32,000 bases of DNA from Dickeya solani IPO 2222 (GTDB lineage Bacteria > Pseudomonadota > Gammaproteobacteria > Enterobacterales > Enterobacteriaceae): NCBI RefSeq assembly GCF_001644705.1, contig NZ_CP015137.1, positions 4,500,001-4,532,000 on the forward strand, read 5' to 3'. A program made the translations under genes and the position numbers. This document shows, in pieces, positions 9,689-19,024 of this stretch. Within the stretch, counting starts at the first letter, position 1. Each line of letters starts with the position of its first letter. The notes beneath the pieces are model-generated. The model had not been told where the DNA came from. It made no database searches and saw only the letters and a list, made by a program, of their open reading frames with translations.

Positions 9689-10683
9689 CCTCTGGCCGCC
9701 AGTTCCAGCACGCGCTGGTAAGCCTGACCGCTGTGAATCACGTCCAGCGCCTGTCGGGCATTCTGCCGCAGATCTTCCTGTCCGAACAGTTTCAGCAACA
9801 GCGCCACATTGGCGGCGACAGCCGCGTCGTGCGCCGGTTGGCCCTTGCCCTGAAGCAACCGGGCCAGAATATCACGGTTTTCTTCCGGCGTGCCGCCCAG
9901 CAGGTCACCCAGTGCGAATGAATCCAGCCCGAAATCATGGGGCGTTAGCTGGTAGGTTTCCACCTCGCCGTCACGCAGTTCGGCGACCTGGGTCGGCGCA
10001 TGGATGGCGACCTCATCCATGCCGCCGCCGTGCACCACGGCCGCGCGCTGGTATCCCAGCACTTTCAGGGTTTCGGCGATCGGCCGCACCAGTTCCGGCC
10101 GATAGACGCCGATCAGCGCCAGCGGCGGGCGTGCCGGGTTGATCAGCGGCCCCAGCACGTTGAACACGGTGCGGGTTTTCAACTGCTGACGTACCGGCAT
10201 CGCGTGACGGAAACCGGTGTGGTATTGCGGCGCAAACAGAAAACACACCCCGAGATCGTCCAGCGCCTGACGCGATACCTCCGCCGGCATATCGAGCTTG
10301 ATGCCGAACGCCGACAGCAAATCCGACGAGCCAGAGCGGCTGGAGACGCTGCGGTTGCCGTGCTTGGCGACTTTCAGCCCGCAGGCGGCGGCCACAAACG
10401 CGCTGGCGGTGGAGATGTTGATGCTGTTGGTGCCGTCGCCGCCGGTGCCGACGATATCCGCGAACAGGTAGTCCGGGCGAGGGAACGGCTTGGCGTCGGC
10501 CAGCAGCGCGGTAGCGGCCCCGGCGATCTCATCCGGATGCTCGCCGCGCACCTTCATGCTGATCAGCGCGGCGGCCAGTTGCGTCGGATCCAGCTCGCCC
10601 TGAATGATGGCGGCAAACAACTGCTGGCTTTCTGCCTGGCTCAGGATGTCGGCGCGGTACAGTTTCTCAAGAATCGGTTGCAT
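9685..10683 (-). CDS. trpD: Anthranilate phosphoribosyltransferase (stand-alone TrpD)
   Basis: MQPILEKLY...[24 protein letters not shown]... matches the C-terminal two thirds of E. coli TrpGD. The ATG at 10683 has AAGGAG 9 nt upstream. The TTG at 10701 in the ORF track is rejected. Confidence 0.95.
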   Translation of the reverse strand: MQPILEKLYRADILSQAESQQLFAAIIQGELDPTQLAAALISMKVRGEHPDEIAGAATALLADAKPFPRPDYLFADIVGTGGDGTNSINISTASAFVAAACGLKVAKHGNRSVSSRSGSSDLLSAFGIKLDMPAEVSRQALDDLGVCFLFAPQYHTGFRHAMPVRQQLKTRTVFNVLGPLINPARPPLALIGVYRPELVRPIAETLKVLGYQRAAVVHGGGMDEVAIHAPTQVAELRDGEVETYQLTPHDFGLDSFALGDLLGGTPEENRDILARLLQGKGQPAHDAAVAANVALLLKLFGQEDLRQNARQALDVIHSGQAYQRVLELAARG

Positions 10684-10702
10684 CAGTGGTGTCTCCTTCA
10701 AA

Positions 10703-11281
10703 TCAGGCCAGAGCCCAGTCCAGCGTCTGGTTCAGCAGATGTGCGCCGTGAGTGGTGAGGATGGATTCCGGATGGAACTGGAAGCCGCAAACGCGGTGTT
10801 CGTCATGGCGCACCGCCATTACCATGCCGTTGAAACTGGCGTTAATCACTAACCCGGCCGGGATGTTGCTGCCTACCAGCGAGTGATAGCGTGCCACCGG
10901 CAGCGGACTGGGCAGGCTGCTGAACATCGCCTGTCCGTCGTGTTCAATGCTGGAGGCTTTACCATGCAGAATTTCACCGGCCTGGCCGACATGGCCGCCG
11001 TAGGCTTCGACGATGGCCTGATGGCCCAGACAGATGCCGATGATCGGCAACTGGCCGCGCAGGCGTTGCAGCAGTGCCGGCATGCAACCGGCTTCAGACG
11101 GTGTGCCGGGGCCGGGCGAGAGCATCAGTACCGGCTTTTCCAGATGCTGCAGACGGTCGATAATGACGTCGGCAGGCAGTTGGTTGCGGTACACCACTAC
11201 GTTGTGGCCGCTGGCGCGCAACTGGTCGACCAGGTTATAGGTAAAGGAGTCGATATTATCGAGCAGCAGGATATCGGCCAT
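10703..11281 (-). CDS. trpG: Anthranilate synthase component II (glutamine amidotransferase, stand-alone TrpG)
   Basis: [21 protein letters not shown]...GICLGHQA...FHPES has the class-I GATase catalytic triad motifs. The ATG overlaps the trpE TGA (TGATG). A TGA stop and a 19-nt gap separate it from trpD, so the two are not fused as in E. coli. Confidence 0.95.
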   Translation of the reverse strand: MADILLLDNIDSFTYNLVDQLRASGHNVVVYRNQLPADVIIDRLQHLEKPVLMLSPGPGTPSEAGCMPALLQRLRGQLPIIGICLGHQAIVEAYGGHVGQAGEILHGKASSIEHDGQAMFSSLPSPLPVARYHSLVGSNIPAGLVINASFNGMVMAVRHDEHRVCGFQFHPESILTTHGAHLLNQTLDWALA

Positions 11282-12843
11282 CAGAACACCTCCCGGGCAT
11301 GATGCGCACTGGCAATCGCGCGCAGAACCGCGCGGGCTTTGTTACGGGTTTCATCGGCTTCGGCCTGCGGGTGAGAGTCCAGCACCACGCCGGCGCCGGC
11401 CTGCACGGTGGCGATGCCATCTTCCACATAAGCGGAACGGATCACTATACAGGTGTCGAGGTCGCCGCGGGCGGTGAAGTAGCCCACCGCGCCGCCGTAG
11501 CTGCCGCGGCGGGTTTTCTCGCTTTCCGCGATCAGTTGCATGGCGCGCACTTTGGGGGCGCCGCTCAGCGTGCCCATGTTCATGCAGGCGCGGTAGGCGT
11601 GCAGCACATCCAGATCCGCGCGCAGGGTACCGACCACGCGGGACACCAGGTGCATCACGAACGAGTAGCGGTCCACCTTGGTCAGGTCCGCCACATAGCG
11701 GCTGCCGGGTTCGCAGATTCGCGCCAGATCGTTACGTGCCAGGTCCACCAGCATCAGGTGTTCAGCCAGTTCTTTATGGTCGGTACGCATTTCCAGTTCG
11801 ATACGGCTGTCCAGATCCCGGTCCAGCGAACCGTCGGCGCGGCGGCCGCGCGGGCGAGTGCCGGCGATGGGGTAGATTTCGATCTGGCGGCTGGCGGCGT
11901 CGTATTTGAGAGAACTTTCCGGCGACGCGCCGAACAGGGTGAAATCCTGATCCTGCATATAGAACATGTAAGGACTGGGGTTGTTGTCTTTCAGTGTCTG
12001 GTAGGCGGCCAGCGGCGATGGGCACGGCAATGAGAAACGGCGGGACGGCACCACCTGGAAAATTTCGCCGATGCGGATCGCCTGCTGCATCTGGCTGACC
12101 ACGGCGCCGTAATCTTCATCGCTCTGGTTGCAAGCCAGCGTCATGGTGTCCACCGTCTGGCACGGCAACGCCGGGGCAGGCTGGCGCAACTGATGCTGCA
12201 ACTGTTCCAGACGCTGTTGCAGGCGCAGGCGTTCCGAGGCGTTAGGGGTAAACAGGCTGGCCTGCAGATGGGTGCTGCGTTGCTGGTGGTCCACCACCAG
12301 CAGGGTTTCGGCCAGGTAGAAGCAGTAATCCGGGCAGCGCTGTTGCTGGCTGAGCGGCGGCAGACTTTCGAAACCGGCCACCAGATCGTAGGCGAACAGC
12401 CCGCCGAAGAACATGGCCTCACGCTCATGTTCCGGGCATGCCACCAGCGTCAGCAGTTGACGCAGCGCGTCAAATACCGACAGAGAACGCAGACGCGCGT
12501 CTTCGTCCTGCATAATATCGATGGTTGGAAAGGTCAGTTCACGGCCGTTTGGGCGCGCATCGACGATGACATCAGCAGGCAGCGCGCTATCCAACAGTGG
12601 CAACAGCGATGCGCCGTTGGCGGTCAGCGCCTGAATCGACACCTGTGGGCCGAGGGCGGTAATGCGTAAGGCACTGTCGACGATCAGCAGGCTCTGCAGA
12701 TTCTGTTTGCTGTCGATCTCCGCCGACTCCAGCAGCAGGGTTGCCGGGCGGGCGCCGCACAGTTGGTGGAACATTGCGCTGGGGTCGTTGCGGTATTCGG
12801 CACCGACGCGCAGCAGCTCAAGTTCAGGTTGTGGTGTTTGCAT
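11281..12843 (-). CDS. trpE: Anthranilate synthase component I
   Basis: From the ATG at 12843 ([11 protein letters not shown]...) the product is 520 aa, the same as E. coli TrpE, and colinear with it (...[10 protein letters not shown]..., ...[13 protein letters not shown]...). The ORF-track start at 12867 lies inside the attenuator U-tract. Confidence 0.96.
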   Translation of the reverse strand: MQTPQPELELLRVGAEYRNDPSAMFHQLCGARPATLLLESAEIDSKQNLQSLLIVDSALRITALGPQVSIQALTANGASLLPLLDSALPADVIVDARPNGRELTFPTIDIMQDEDARLRSLSVFDALRQLLTLVACPEHEREAMFFGGLFAYDLVAGFESLPPLSQQQRCPDYCFYLAETLLVVDHQQRSTHLQASLFTPNASERLRLQQRLEQLQHQLRQPAPALPCQTVDTMTLACNQSDEDYGAVVSQMQQAIRIGEIFQVVPSRRFSLPCPSPLAAYQTLKDNNPSPYMFYMQDQDFTLFGASPESSLKYDAASRQIEIYPIAGTRPRGRRADGSLDRDLDSRIELEMRTDHKELAEHLMLVDLARNDLARICEPGSRYVADLTKVDRYSFVMHLVSRVVGTLRADLDVLHAYRACMNMGTLSGAPKVRAMQLIAESEKTRRGSYGGAVGYFTARGDLDTCIVIRSAYVEDGIATVQAGAGVVLDSHPQAEADETRNKARAVLRAIASAHHAREVF

Positions 12844-12867
12844 GATGTCTACTCGTATTTTGTCCAT

Positions 12868-12890
12868 AAAAAAACCCGCTATCAGCGGGC
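12868..12890 (-). terminator. trp attenuator 3:4 terminator hairpin
   Basis: Minus strand reads GCCCGCT-gat-AGCGGG followed by TTTTTTT, 25 nt upstream of the trpE ATG. The segment GCGGGC at 12939..12934 can pair instead with GCCCGC at 12890..12885 to form the antiterminator. Confidence 0.9.
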
Positions 12891-12926
12891 TTCAGGATAT
12901 GCATGTCAGAAAATGGCTATGCGTCA

Positions 12927-13004
12927 TCACTTCGCCCGCAACAGGGAGAAGCGCCACCAACCAGCATGATTTTTCAGGGTCAGGGTCGTTATCGTCATCG
13001 CCAT
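12927..13004 (-). CDS. trpL: trp operon leader peptide (25 aa: MAMTITTLTLKNHAGWWRFSLLRAK)
   Basis: Hand translation. GAGGA lies 5 nt upstream of the ATG at 13004. Tandem TGG TGG codons sit at 12959..12954. The GWWR core is shared with E. coli TrpL ([14 protein letters not shown]). The ORF lies between the trp promoter and the attenuator and is not in the ORF track (under 60 aa). Confidence 0.85.
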   Translation of the reverse strand: MAMTITTLTLKNHAGWWRFSLLRAK

Positions 13005-13033
13005 TGTCCTCGTTTATCTCTACGTTTGAACTT

Positions 13034-13069
13034 GTGTACTAGTAAACTGGAACGAGAAAAAGAAGTCAA
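13034..13069 (-). promoter_or_regulatory. trp promoter (-35 TTGACT, 17 nt spacer, -10 TTTACT) with overlapping TrpR-type operator
   Basis: Minus strand reads TTGACTtctttttctcgttccagTTTACTAGTACACAAGTTCA. The stretch TTTACTAGTACACAAGTTCA is nearly identical to E. coli TTAACTAGTACGCAAGTTCA. The left operator half is degenerate (CCAG versus CTAG). Confidence 0.8.
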
Positions 13070-13215
13070 TAACATTTCATACGATTTTTTCGGGGGGATG
13101 TCCGGCTGTGGATGGCTGGCGACAGCCTGCATCGGACCAACCGATCTTTTTTCCTTTTTGACCAGGTTGGTGGCATCATGCCGCCTGAAATTTCCTGAAC
13201 AGAGAGACACCTGAC

Positions 13216-14088
13216 GTGCCAGACGAGTTGCCGGTATCACCGACGTTTCCCTTGTATGACCTGCACAGCCACACCACGGCTTCCGACGGTTTGCTGACGC
13301 CAACCGAACTGGTGCAACGCGCGGTGAGCATGCGCGTCAGCGTGCTGGCGATCACCGATCATGACACTACGGCGGCGCTGGATGAGGCCTATACCGCTAT
13401 TCAGCAGCAGGCGCTGTCGTTGCGGTTGATTTCCGGCGTCGAGATTTCCACCGTGTGGGAAAATCATGAGATCCATATCGTCGGGCTGGGGCTGGATTGT
13501 CGGCATCCGGCGCTGACGTCATTACTGCAGCAGCAGGCGCAGTATCGTGAGCTGCGTGCCGGGCAGATCGCGCAGCGGCTGGAAAAAGCGCTGATTCCGG
13601 ATGCGCTGGCGGGCGCGTCCCGGCTGGCGGAAGGCGGTATGATCACCCGCGGGCATTTCGCACGTTATCTGGTGGAATTGGGGAAAGCCGCAACGGTGGC
13701 TCAGGTGTTCAAAAAGTACCTGGCCAAAGGGAAAACCGGTTATGTGCCGCCGCAGTGGTGTACAATACAGCAAGCCGTGGACGCTATCCGCCAGTCGGGC
13801 GGGGTCGCGGTGCTGGCGCATCCTGGCCGCTATGATCTGACCACCAAGTGGCTGAAACGATTGATCGGGCACTTTGCCGAGTGCGGCGGGGAAGCGATGG
13901 AGATTGCCCAGTGTCAACAAGCGCCGGACGAGCGTTCACATTTGGCGCGTTATGCGCAGGACTACCATTTGCTGGGGTCGCAGGGTTCGGATTTTCATCA
14001 GCCCTGCGCCTGGATAGAACTGGGACGAAAATTGTGGCTGCCCGCCGGCGTGGAGCCGGTCTGGCAACATCCGGCGTTGGCCGGTTAA
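13216..14088 (+). CDS. trpH: PHP-domain 5'-3' exoribonuclease TrpH/YciV (RNase AM)
   Basis: ...LYDLHSHTTASDGLLTP...LAITDHDT...EISTVWENHEIHIVGL... is colinear with E. coli TrpH. GTG start. Divergent from the trp promoter, as in E. coli. Confidence 0.93.
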   Translation: MPDELPVSPTFPLYDLHSHTTASDGLLTPTELVQRAVSMRVSVLAITDHDTTAALDEAYTAIQQQALSLRLISGVEISTVWENHEIHIVGLGLDCRHPALTSLLQQQAQYRELRAGQIAQRLEKALIPDALAGASRLAEGGMITRGHFARYLVELGKAATVAQVFKKYLAKGKTGYVPPQWCTIQQAVDAIRQSGGVAVLAHPGRYDLTTKWLKRLIGHFAECGGEAMEIAQCQQAPDERSHLARYAQDYHLLGSQGSDFHQPCAWIELGRKLWLPAGVEPVWQHPALAG

Positions 14089-14179
14089 AGCCCCTGTTCG
14101 TATCCGACAGCATTCGTTCAACCCGTTATGGTGATGGCGCCAGGCGGGGTGTACGTTTTCAGAAGGCAGAGGACGTAGC

Positions 14180-14800
14180 ATGAGTCAGTTTTTCTATATT
14201 CATCCGCAGAACCCGCAACCGCGGCTGATCAACCAGACGGTGGAAATCCTGCACAAGAGCGGGGTGATTGTTTATCCTACCGATTCAGGGTACGCGCTCG
14301 GATGCATGCTGGAAGATAAAGCGGCACTGGAGCGCATCTGCCGTATTCGTGATCTGGATCAGAACCACAACTTCACCCTGATGTGCCGCGATCTGTCGGA
14401 GTTGTCTTCTTACGCCTATGTGGATAACGCCGCGTTCCGGTTGATCAAGAATAATACTCCCGGCAATTACACCTTTATTCTCAAAGCGACCAAGGAAGTG
14501 CCGCGTCGCCTGATGAATGAGAAACGCAAAACCATCGGCATGCGCGTGCCGTCCAACCCGATTGCGCTGGAACTGCTGGCGGCGCTGAATGAGCCGCTAA
14601 TGTCGACCACGCTGATGCTGCCGGGCAACGATTTTGCCGAGTCCGATCCGGAAGAAATTAAGGAGCAACTGGGTAAACGGGTGGATTTGGTCATTCACGG
14701 CGGTTTTCTGGGGCAACAACCCACCACGGTGATCGATCTGACCGAGTCCGTGCCGGTGGTGGTGCGTGAAGGCACCGGTGATGTGACGCCCTTTCTGTAA
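14180..14800 (+). CDS. yciO: YciO (Sua5/YrdC/YciO family, L-threonylcarbamoyladenylate synthase-like)
   Basis: 206 aa. MSQFFYIHPQNPQPRLINQ...YPTDSGYALGC...: same length as E. coli YciO and near-identical N-terminus. Confidence 0.95.
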   Translation: MSQFFYIHPQNPQPRLINQTVEILHKSGVIVYPTDSGYALGCMLEDKAALERICRIRDLDQNHNFTLMCRDLSELSSYAYVDNAAFRLIKNNTPGNYTFILKATKEVPRRLMNEKRKTIGMRVPSNPIALELLAALNEPLMSTTLMLPGNDFAESDPEEIKEQLGKRVDLVIHGGFLGQQPTTVIDLTESVPVVVREGTGDVTPFL

Positions 14801-14990
14801 CGCAGGAGCGCCGATCATGGCGTTCCCAGAGCGTATTTATCGTTGCTAACATTTGGCATACAAACGACACGAATCAAGGTATAATCTCGACAATATGCGT
14901 TAACTCTTTATTTTTTCATGAGTTAACGCGATTTCTGGTCATCATGACATTCCCCCCGACGCCTGTGAAGGCGACATCAGAGGTTGCTCA

Positions 14991-15890
14991 ATGAGCGAAA
15001 AGCTACAGAAAGTGCTGGCGCGTGCAGGGCACGGTTCACGCCGCGAAATTGAAAGTATGATTGAAGCCGGGCGCATTAGCGTCGACGGCAAGATTGCCAC
15101 GCTGGGGGACCGTGTCGAGGTTACCCGGGCGACCAAAATCCGTATCGACGGGCATGTAATCTCGGTGCGCGAAACCGAAGAAACCGTGTGCCGTGTGCTG
15201 ATGTATTACAAACCGGAAGGGGAACTTTGCACCCGCAGCGACCCGGAAGGGCGACCAACGGTATTTGACCGTCTGCCTCGCATTCAGGGATACCGCTGGG
15301 TAGCGGTAGGGCGTCTGGATGTGAATACCTCCGGTCTGTTGCTGTTCACGACTGACGGCGAGCTGGCGAATCGCCTGATGCACCCCAGCCGTGAAGTGGA
15401 GCGTGAATATGCCGTGCGCGTGTTCGGCGAAGTGGGCGATGACAAAATTCGTCAACTGAGCAAAGGCGTACAGCTGGAAGACGGTCCGGCAGCGTTCCGC
15501 TCTATCCGCTATCAGGGGGGCGAAGGGTTGAACCAGTGGTACAACGTGACCCTGACCGAAGGCCGCAACCGCGAGGTGCGTCGTTTGTGGGAAGCGGTCG
15601 GTGTGCAGGTTAGCCGCCTGATTCGTGTGCGCTATGGCGACATTCAATTGCCGAAAGTGTTGCCGCGTGGCGGCTGGATGGAGATGGGCCTGACCGACGT
15701 CAACTACCTGCGTGAACTGGTGCAACTGACGCCGGAAACCGTCAGCAAATTACCGGTGGAGCGTGAGCGTCGCCGGGTGAAAGCCAATCAGATCCGTCGT
15801 GCGGTGAAACGCCATAGTCAGGTGGGCGTCAGTAACCGCCCGGCTAGCGGCCGCCGTAGCGCGCCGAAGCGAACGGCTAAGAGCGGCTAA
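14991..15890 (+). CDS. rluB: 23S rRNA pseudouridine(2605) synthase RluB
   Basis: [21 protein letters not shown]... (S4 domain) and ...[26 protein letters not shown]... (RsuA/RluB catalytic Asp motif), with a basic C-terminal tail. Confidence 0.96.
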   Translation: MSEKLQKVLARAGHGSRREIESMIEAGRISVDGKIATLGDRVEVTRATKIRIDGHVISVRETEETVCRVLMYYKPEGELCTRSDPEGRPTVFDRLPRIQGYRWVAVGRLDVNTSGLLLFTTDGELANRLMHPSREVEREYAVRVFGEVGDDKIRQLSKGVQLEDGPAAFRSIRYQGGEGLNQWYNVTLTEGRNREVRRLWEAVGVQVSRLIRVRYGDIQLPKVLPRGGWMEMGLTDVNYLRELVQLTPETVSKLPVERERRRVKANQIRRAVKRHSQVGVSNRPASGRRSAPKRTAKSG

Positions 15891-15900
15891 GTTGCCCGCC

Positions 15901-15929
15901 TGACGCTGCGCCCGTGGGGCGCAGCGTCA
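15901..15929. terminator. Hairpin between convergent rluB (+) and btuR (-)
   Basis: TGACGCTGCGCC-cgtgg-GGCGCAGCGTCA forms a 12-bp perfect stem. The flanking T-tracts are weak. Confidence 0.6.
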
Positions 15930-15947
15930 TCCTAGCGTGTTTATTTC

Positions 15948-16538
15948 TCACCAGTCGATACCTTGTTGGGCTTGAATGCCGGCGTCAAAGGCGTGCTTCA
16001 CCGGCCGCATTTCCGTTACCGTATCCGCCAGTTCCAGCACATCGCGATGGCAGCCACGGCCGGTAATGATGACGCTCTGGTGCGCCGGGCGCTGTTGCAG
16101 AGCAGCAATCACCTCGTCCAGCGGCAAATAGTCGTAGCTGAGCATGTAGGTCAATTCGTCGAGTACCACCAGATCGAGCGAGTCATCCGCCAGCATGCGT
16201 AATCCATGCTGCCAGACACGCCTGGCCGCGTCGATGTCGGTCTGGCGGTTTTGGGTTTCCCAGGTAAAGCCGGTCGCCATCACCTGAAATTCCACCCCGT
16301 GTTGTTGCAGCAGATGCTTCTCGCCGTTCGGCCATTCGCCTTTGATAAACTGTATCACCCCCGCTTTCAGGTCGTGGCCCACCGCCCGGGTTACGGTGCC
16401 GAAGGCTGCGGTGGTCTTGCCTTTGCCGTTGCCGGTAAACACGATCAGGGTACCTCGCACGTCAGTGGCGGCGGCGATGCGGGCGTCTACTTTTTCCTTC
16501 AGCCGTTGCTGACGTTGCTGATGACGATCGTCACTCAT
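15948..16538 (-). CDS. btuR: Cob(I)yrinic acid a,c-diamide adenosyltransferase
   Basis: 196 aa, with ...VFTGNGKGKTTAAFG... (P-loop) and ...VLDELTYM.... Same length as E. coli BtuR/CobA and colinear with it. Confidence 0.95.
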   Translation of the reverse strand: MSDDRHQQRQQRLKEKVDARIAAATDVRGTLIVFTGNGKGKTTAAFGTVTRAVGHDLKAGVIQFIKGEWPNGEKHLLQQHGVEFQVMATGFTWETQNRQTDIDAARRVWQHGLRMLADDSLDLVVLDELTYMLSYDYLPLDEVIAALQQRPAHQSVIITGRGCHRDVLELADTVTEMRPVKHAFDAGIQAQQGIDW

Positions 16539-16559
16539 GAGTTTGTATCCTTTGCGTAA

Positions 16560-17321
16560 TCATTCGGCCGGGCCGGGCTTGCGGCCGGGTTGGGCATCGA
16601 AACTCATGCCGGTTTTGCGACGGCTGTCATCCCCCATTAAGTACAGGTAAAGCGGCATGATGTCGGCCGGGGTTTTGAGCTTATTCGGATCTTCATCGGG
16701 AAACGCGGCAGCGCGCATTGATGTACGGGTGCCGCCCGGGTTGATGCAGTTGACCCGCAGGTTGCGGTTACGGTATTCCTCGGCCAGTACCTGCATCATG
16801 CCTTCGGTGGCGAATTTGGATACCGAGTAGGCGCCCCAGTTGGCGCGCCCCTGACGGCCGACGCTGGAGCTGGTGAAAATCAGCGACGGACTGGCTGATT
16901 TCAGCAACAACGGCAACAGCGCCTGCGTCAGCATAAAGGTCGCGTTAACGTTGACCTGCATCACCTGATGCCAGACGGTGGCGGACTGTTCCTCCATCGG
17001 CACGACGTCACCCAGCAGGCCGGCATTATGCAATACGCCATCCAGCCGCGGCAGCGCCTGACCGATCTGCCCGGCGATCTGGATGAAATCATGATGGCTG
17101 GCAGTCAGCATATCGCAGGGAATCAGATAACTGTGGGCGCCGTATTCCTGCAGGATCTGTTGCTCCACCTCCTGCAGTTTACTTTCGGTACGCCCCAGTA
17201 ACACCAGTCTCGCACCGTGGCGCGCGTAGGTCAGCGCCGCTTCGCGGCCAATGCCGTCACCGGCGCCGGTGACCAGAATGATACGGTGTTGCAGTAGGTC
17301 GTGCTTGGGTTGGTAATGCAA
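16560..17321 (-). CDS. yciK: YciK-family SDR oxidoreductase
   Basis: MHYQPKHDLLQHRIILVTGAGDGIGREAA... (TGxxxGIG Rossmann motif) and ...YSVSKFATEG... (YxxxK). Lies upstream of btuR, as in E. coli. Confidence 0.94.
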   Translation of the reverse strand: MHYQPKHDLLQHRIILVTGAGDGIGREAALTYARHGARLVLLGRTESKLQEVEQQILQEYGAHSYLIPCDMLTASHHDFIQIAGQIGQALPRLDGVLHNAGLLGDVVPMEEQSATVWHQVMQVNVNATFMLTQALLPLLLKSASPSLIFTSSSVGRQGRANWGAYSVSKFATEGMMQVLAEEYRNRNLRVNCINPGGTRTSMRAAAFPDEDPNKLKTPADIMPLYLYLMGDDSRRKTGMSFDAQPGRKPGPAE

Positions 17322-17604
17322 AACGGTGTCCTCTGGCTGTCATCATCCGGGGAAGGATGAGGTGTTTCCGAAAAAGCCATAATGGGTGTTTTATGCCTGA
17401 AGCAATAGGTGTTTTCAATCAGAAGGTCCGGCTTTCTCACAGTTTGTGCGGCAAAAAGCAGCGGAAAGTACAATTTATGTATGAAGATCATCGCCATCAC
17501 GTCCGTCATACGTTAGGTTAGAAGCTCGGCGCACCGCGCTGGAGCCGTAATGGTTGTTGAAGAATCAACGTCATATATCACATTGGTCAATGAAGGCGGT
17601 ATTT

Positions 17605-18651
17605 GTGGAATTACTTTCTCAGTATGGTTTATTCCTGGCAAAAGTCGTCACCCTTGTCGTCGCCATCGGCGCATTGGTGGTGCTGACAGTCGGTATGACG
17701 CAGCGTAAGCGCCATCGTAAGGGCGAACTGCAGGTGATTAATCTGGGCGAACAATACCGCGAAATGCGGCAGGAAATGCAGTCCGCCGCCATGAACGATA
17801 CCGCGCGCAGCCTGCTGGAGAAAAAGCAGAAGAAAGAAGAAAAGGAAACCGCCAAACAGGAGAAGAAACGCGCCAAACGGGGGGAAGAGAAATCCGCTCG
17901 TCCGTGTTTGTATGTGCTCGATTTTAACGGCAGCATGGATGCCGGTGAGGTGAGCTCGCTGCGTGAAGAGGTATCCGCGGTGCTGGCGGTGGCCCGGCCG
18001 GAAGATGAAGTGTTGCTGCGGCTGGAAAGCCCCGGCGGTGTGGTGCACGGCTACGGGCTGGCGGCGTCTCAGCTACAGCGTTTTCGTCAGCGCGGTATCC
18101 GCCTGACGGTGGCGGTAGACAAGGTGGCGGCCAGCGGTGGCTATATGATGGCGTGCGTGGCGGATCGCATTGTGGCGGCGCCATTCGCCATTGTCGGGTC
18201 GATTGGCGTAGTGGCGCAAATCCCCAACTTCAATCGGCTGCTGAAAAGCAAAGATATCGATGTGGAATTGCATACAGCCGGTCAGTACAAACGTACCCTG
18301 ACGCTGTTCGGCGAAAATACCGAAGAAGGCCGGGAGAAGTTTCGCGAGGAGTTGAATGAAACACATCTGCTGTTCAAACAGTTTGTCAGCGAGATGCGCC
18401 CGTCACTGGATATTGAGTTGGTCGCGACTGGTGAGCACTGGTTCGGCACGCAGGCCAGAGCGATGGGGCTGGTGGATGCCATCGGTACCAGCGATGATCT
18501 GCTGATCGCGGAAATGGAAAACCACGAAGTGTTGGCGGTGCGCTATACCCGCCGCAAACGCCTGTTGGACCGTCTGACCGGTAGCACCGGCGATGCACTG
18601 GAGCGCCTGATGCTGCGCTGGTGGCAGCGGGGCAATAACCCTCAGCTGTAA
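17605..18651 (+). CDS. sohB: Inner-membrane peptidase SohB (S49 family)
   Basis: (V/M)ELLSQYGLFLAKVVT... matches the E. coli SohB N-terminus (MELLSEYGLFLAK). ...VDKVAASGGYMMACVADRIVAAPFAIVGSIGVV... is the S49 serine motif. I prefer the GTG at 17605 with GAAGG upstream. The ATG at 17590 is an alternative, and the TTG at 17554 in the ORF track is unlikely. Confidence 0.93.
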   Translation: MELLSQYGLFLAKVVTLVVAIGALVVLTVGMTQRKRHRKGELQVINLGEQYREMRQEMQSAAMNDTARSLLEKKQKKEEKETAKQEKKRAKRGEEKSARPCLYVLDFNGSMDAGEVSSLREEVSAVLAVARPEDEVLLRLESPGGVVHGYGLAASQLQRFRQRGIRLTVAVDKVAASGGYMMACVADRIVAAPFAIVGSIGVVAQIPNFNRLLKSKDIDVELHTAGQYKRTLTLFGENTEEGREKFREELNETHLLFKQFVSEMRPSLDIELVATGEHWFGTQARAMGLVDAIGTSDDLLIAEMENHEVLAVRYTRRKRLLDRLTGSTGDALERLMLRWWQRGNNPQL

Positions 18652-19024
18652 GGTTTAACTGCCTGCCTGTCCGTGCCGCTGTCTGTTGAACAATGCCATC
18701 CGCGTATTGTGACCGGCCGGATAGGTGGGTAAACCGGTTCCCAGCGGTTTACTCGCGACTCCCTGTCTCTCCAGACTCTGAACTTTAGCGTTGAGCGCCG
18801 CGTCTCCATCCATGACTATCGTTTCCTGCCGTTAATTGTCCTTTTTATTCATTATCACTGCTAATGATATTTAGCGGTTCATTTTACGCCAAGAGCTCCT
18901 TTCTATTTTAATTTATTGAATATTGACGTTTTTTATTAAATTAATAAGTAATACGGCCAATTTCTATCACTGTAATCAGCTGAAATGAGTATGATTGTTT
19001 ATGTTTATTTATTGATTCTGATTT

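Noticed and set aside
9583-12669. Multiple 100-250-aa + strand ORFs inside trpC, trpD, trpG and trpE
   Set aside because: All are antisense shadow ORFs within strongly supported trp genes.
12844-12867. Upstream ATG (MDKIRVDI-) extending trpE
   Set aside because: This ATG sits immediately after the attenuator U-tract. Starting at 12843 gives a 520-aa product matching the E. coli TrpE N-terminus (MQT...).
14919-14927. Mini-ORF ATG AGT TAA inside the rluB leader hairpin
   Set aside because: A two-codon ORF is expected by chance, and there is no SD.
15036-15725. 229-aa ORF on the - strand
   Set aside because: It is antisense to rluB and I recognise no independent coding signal.
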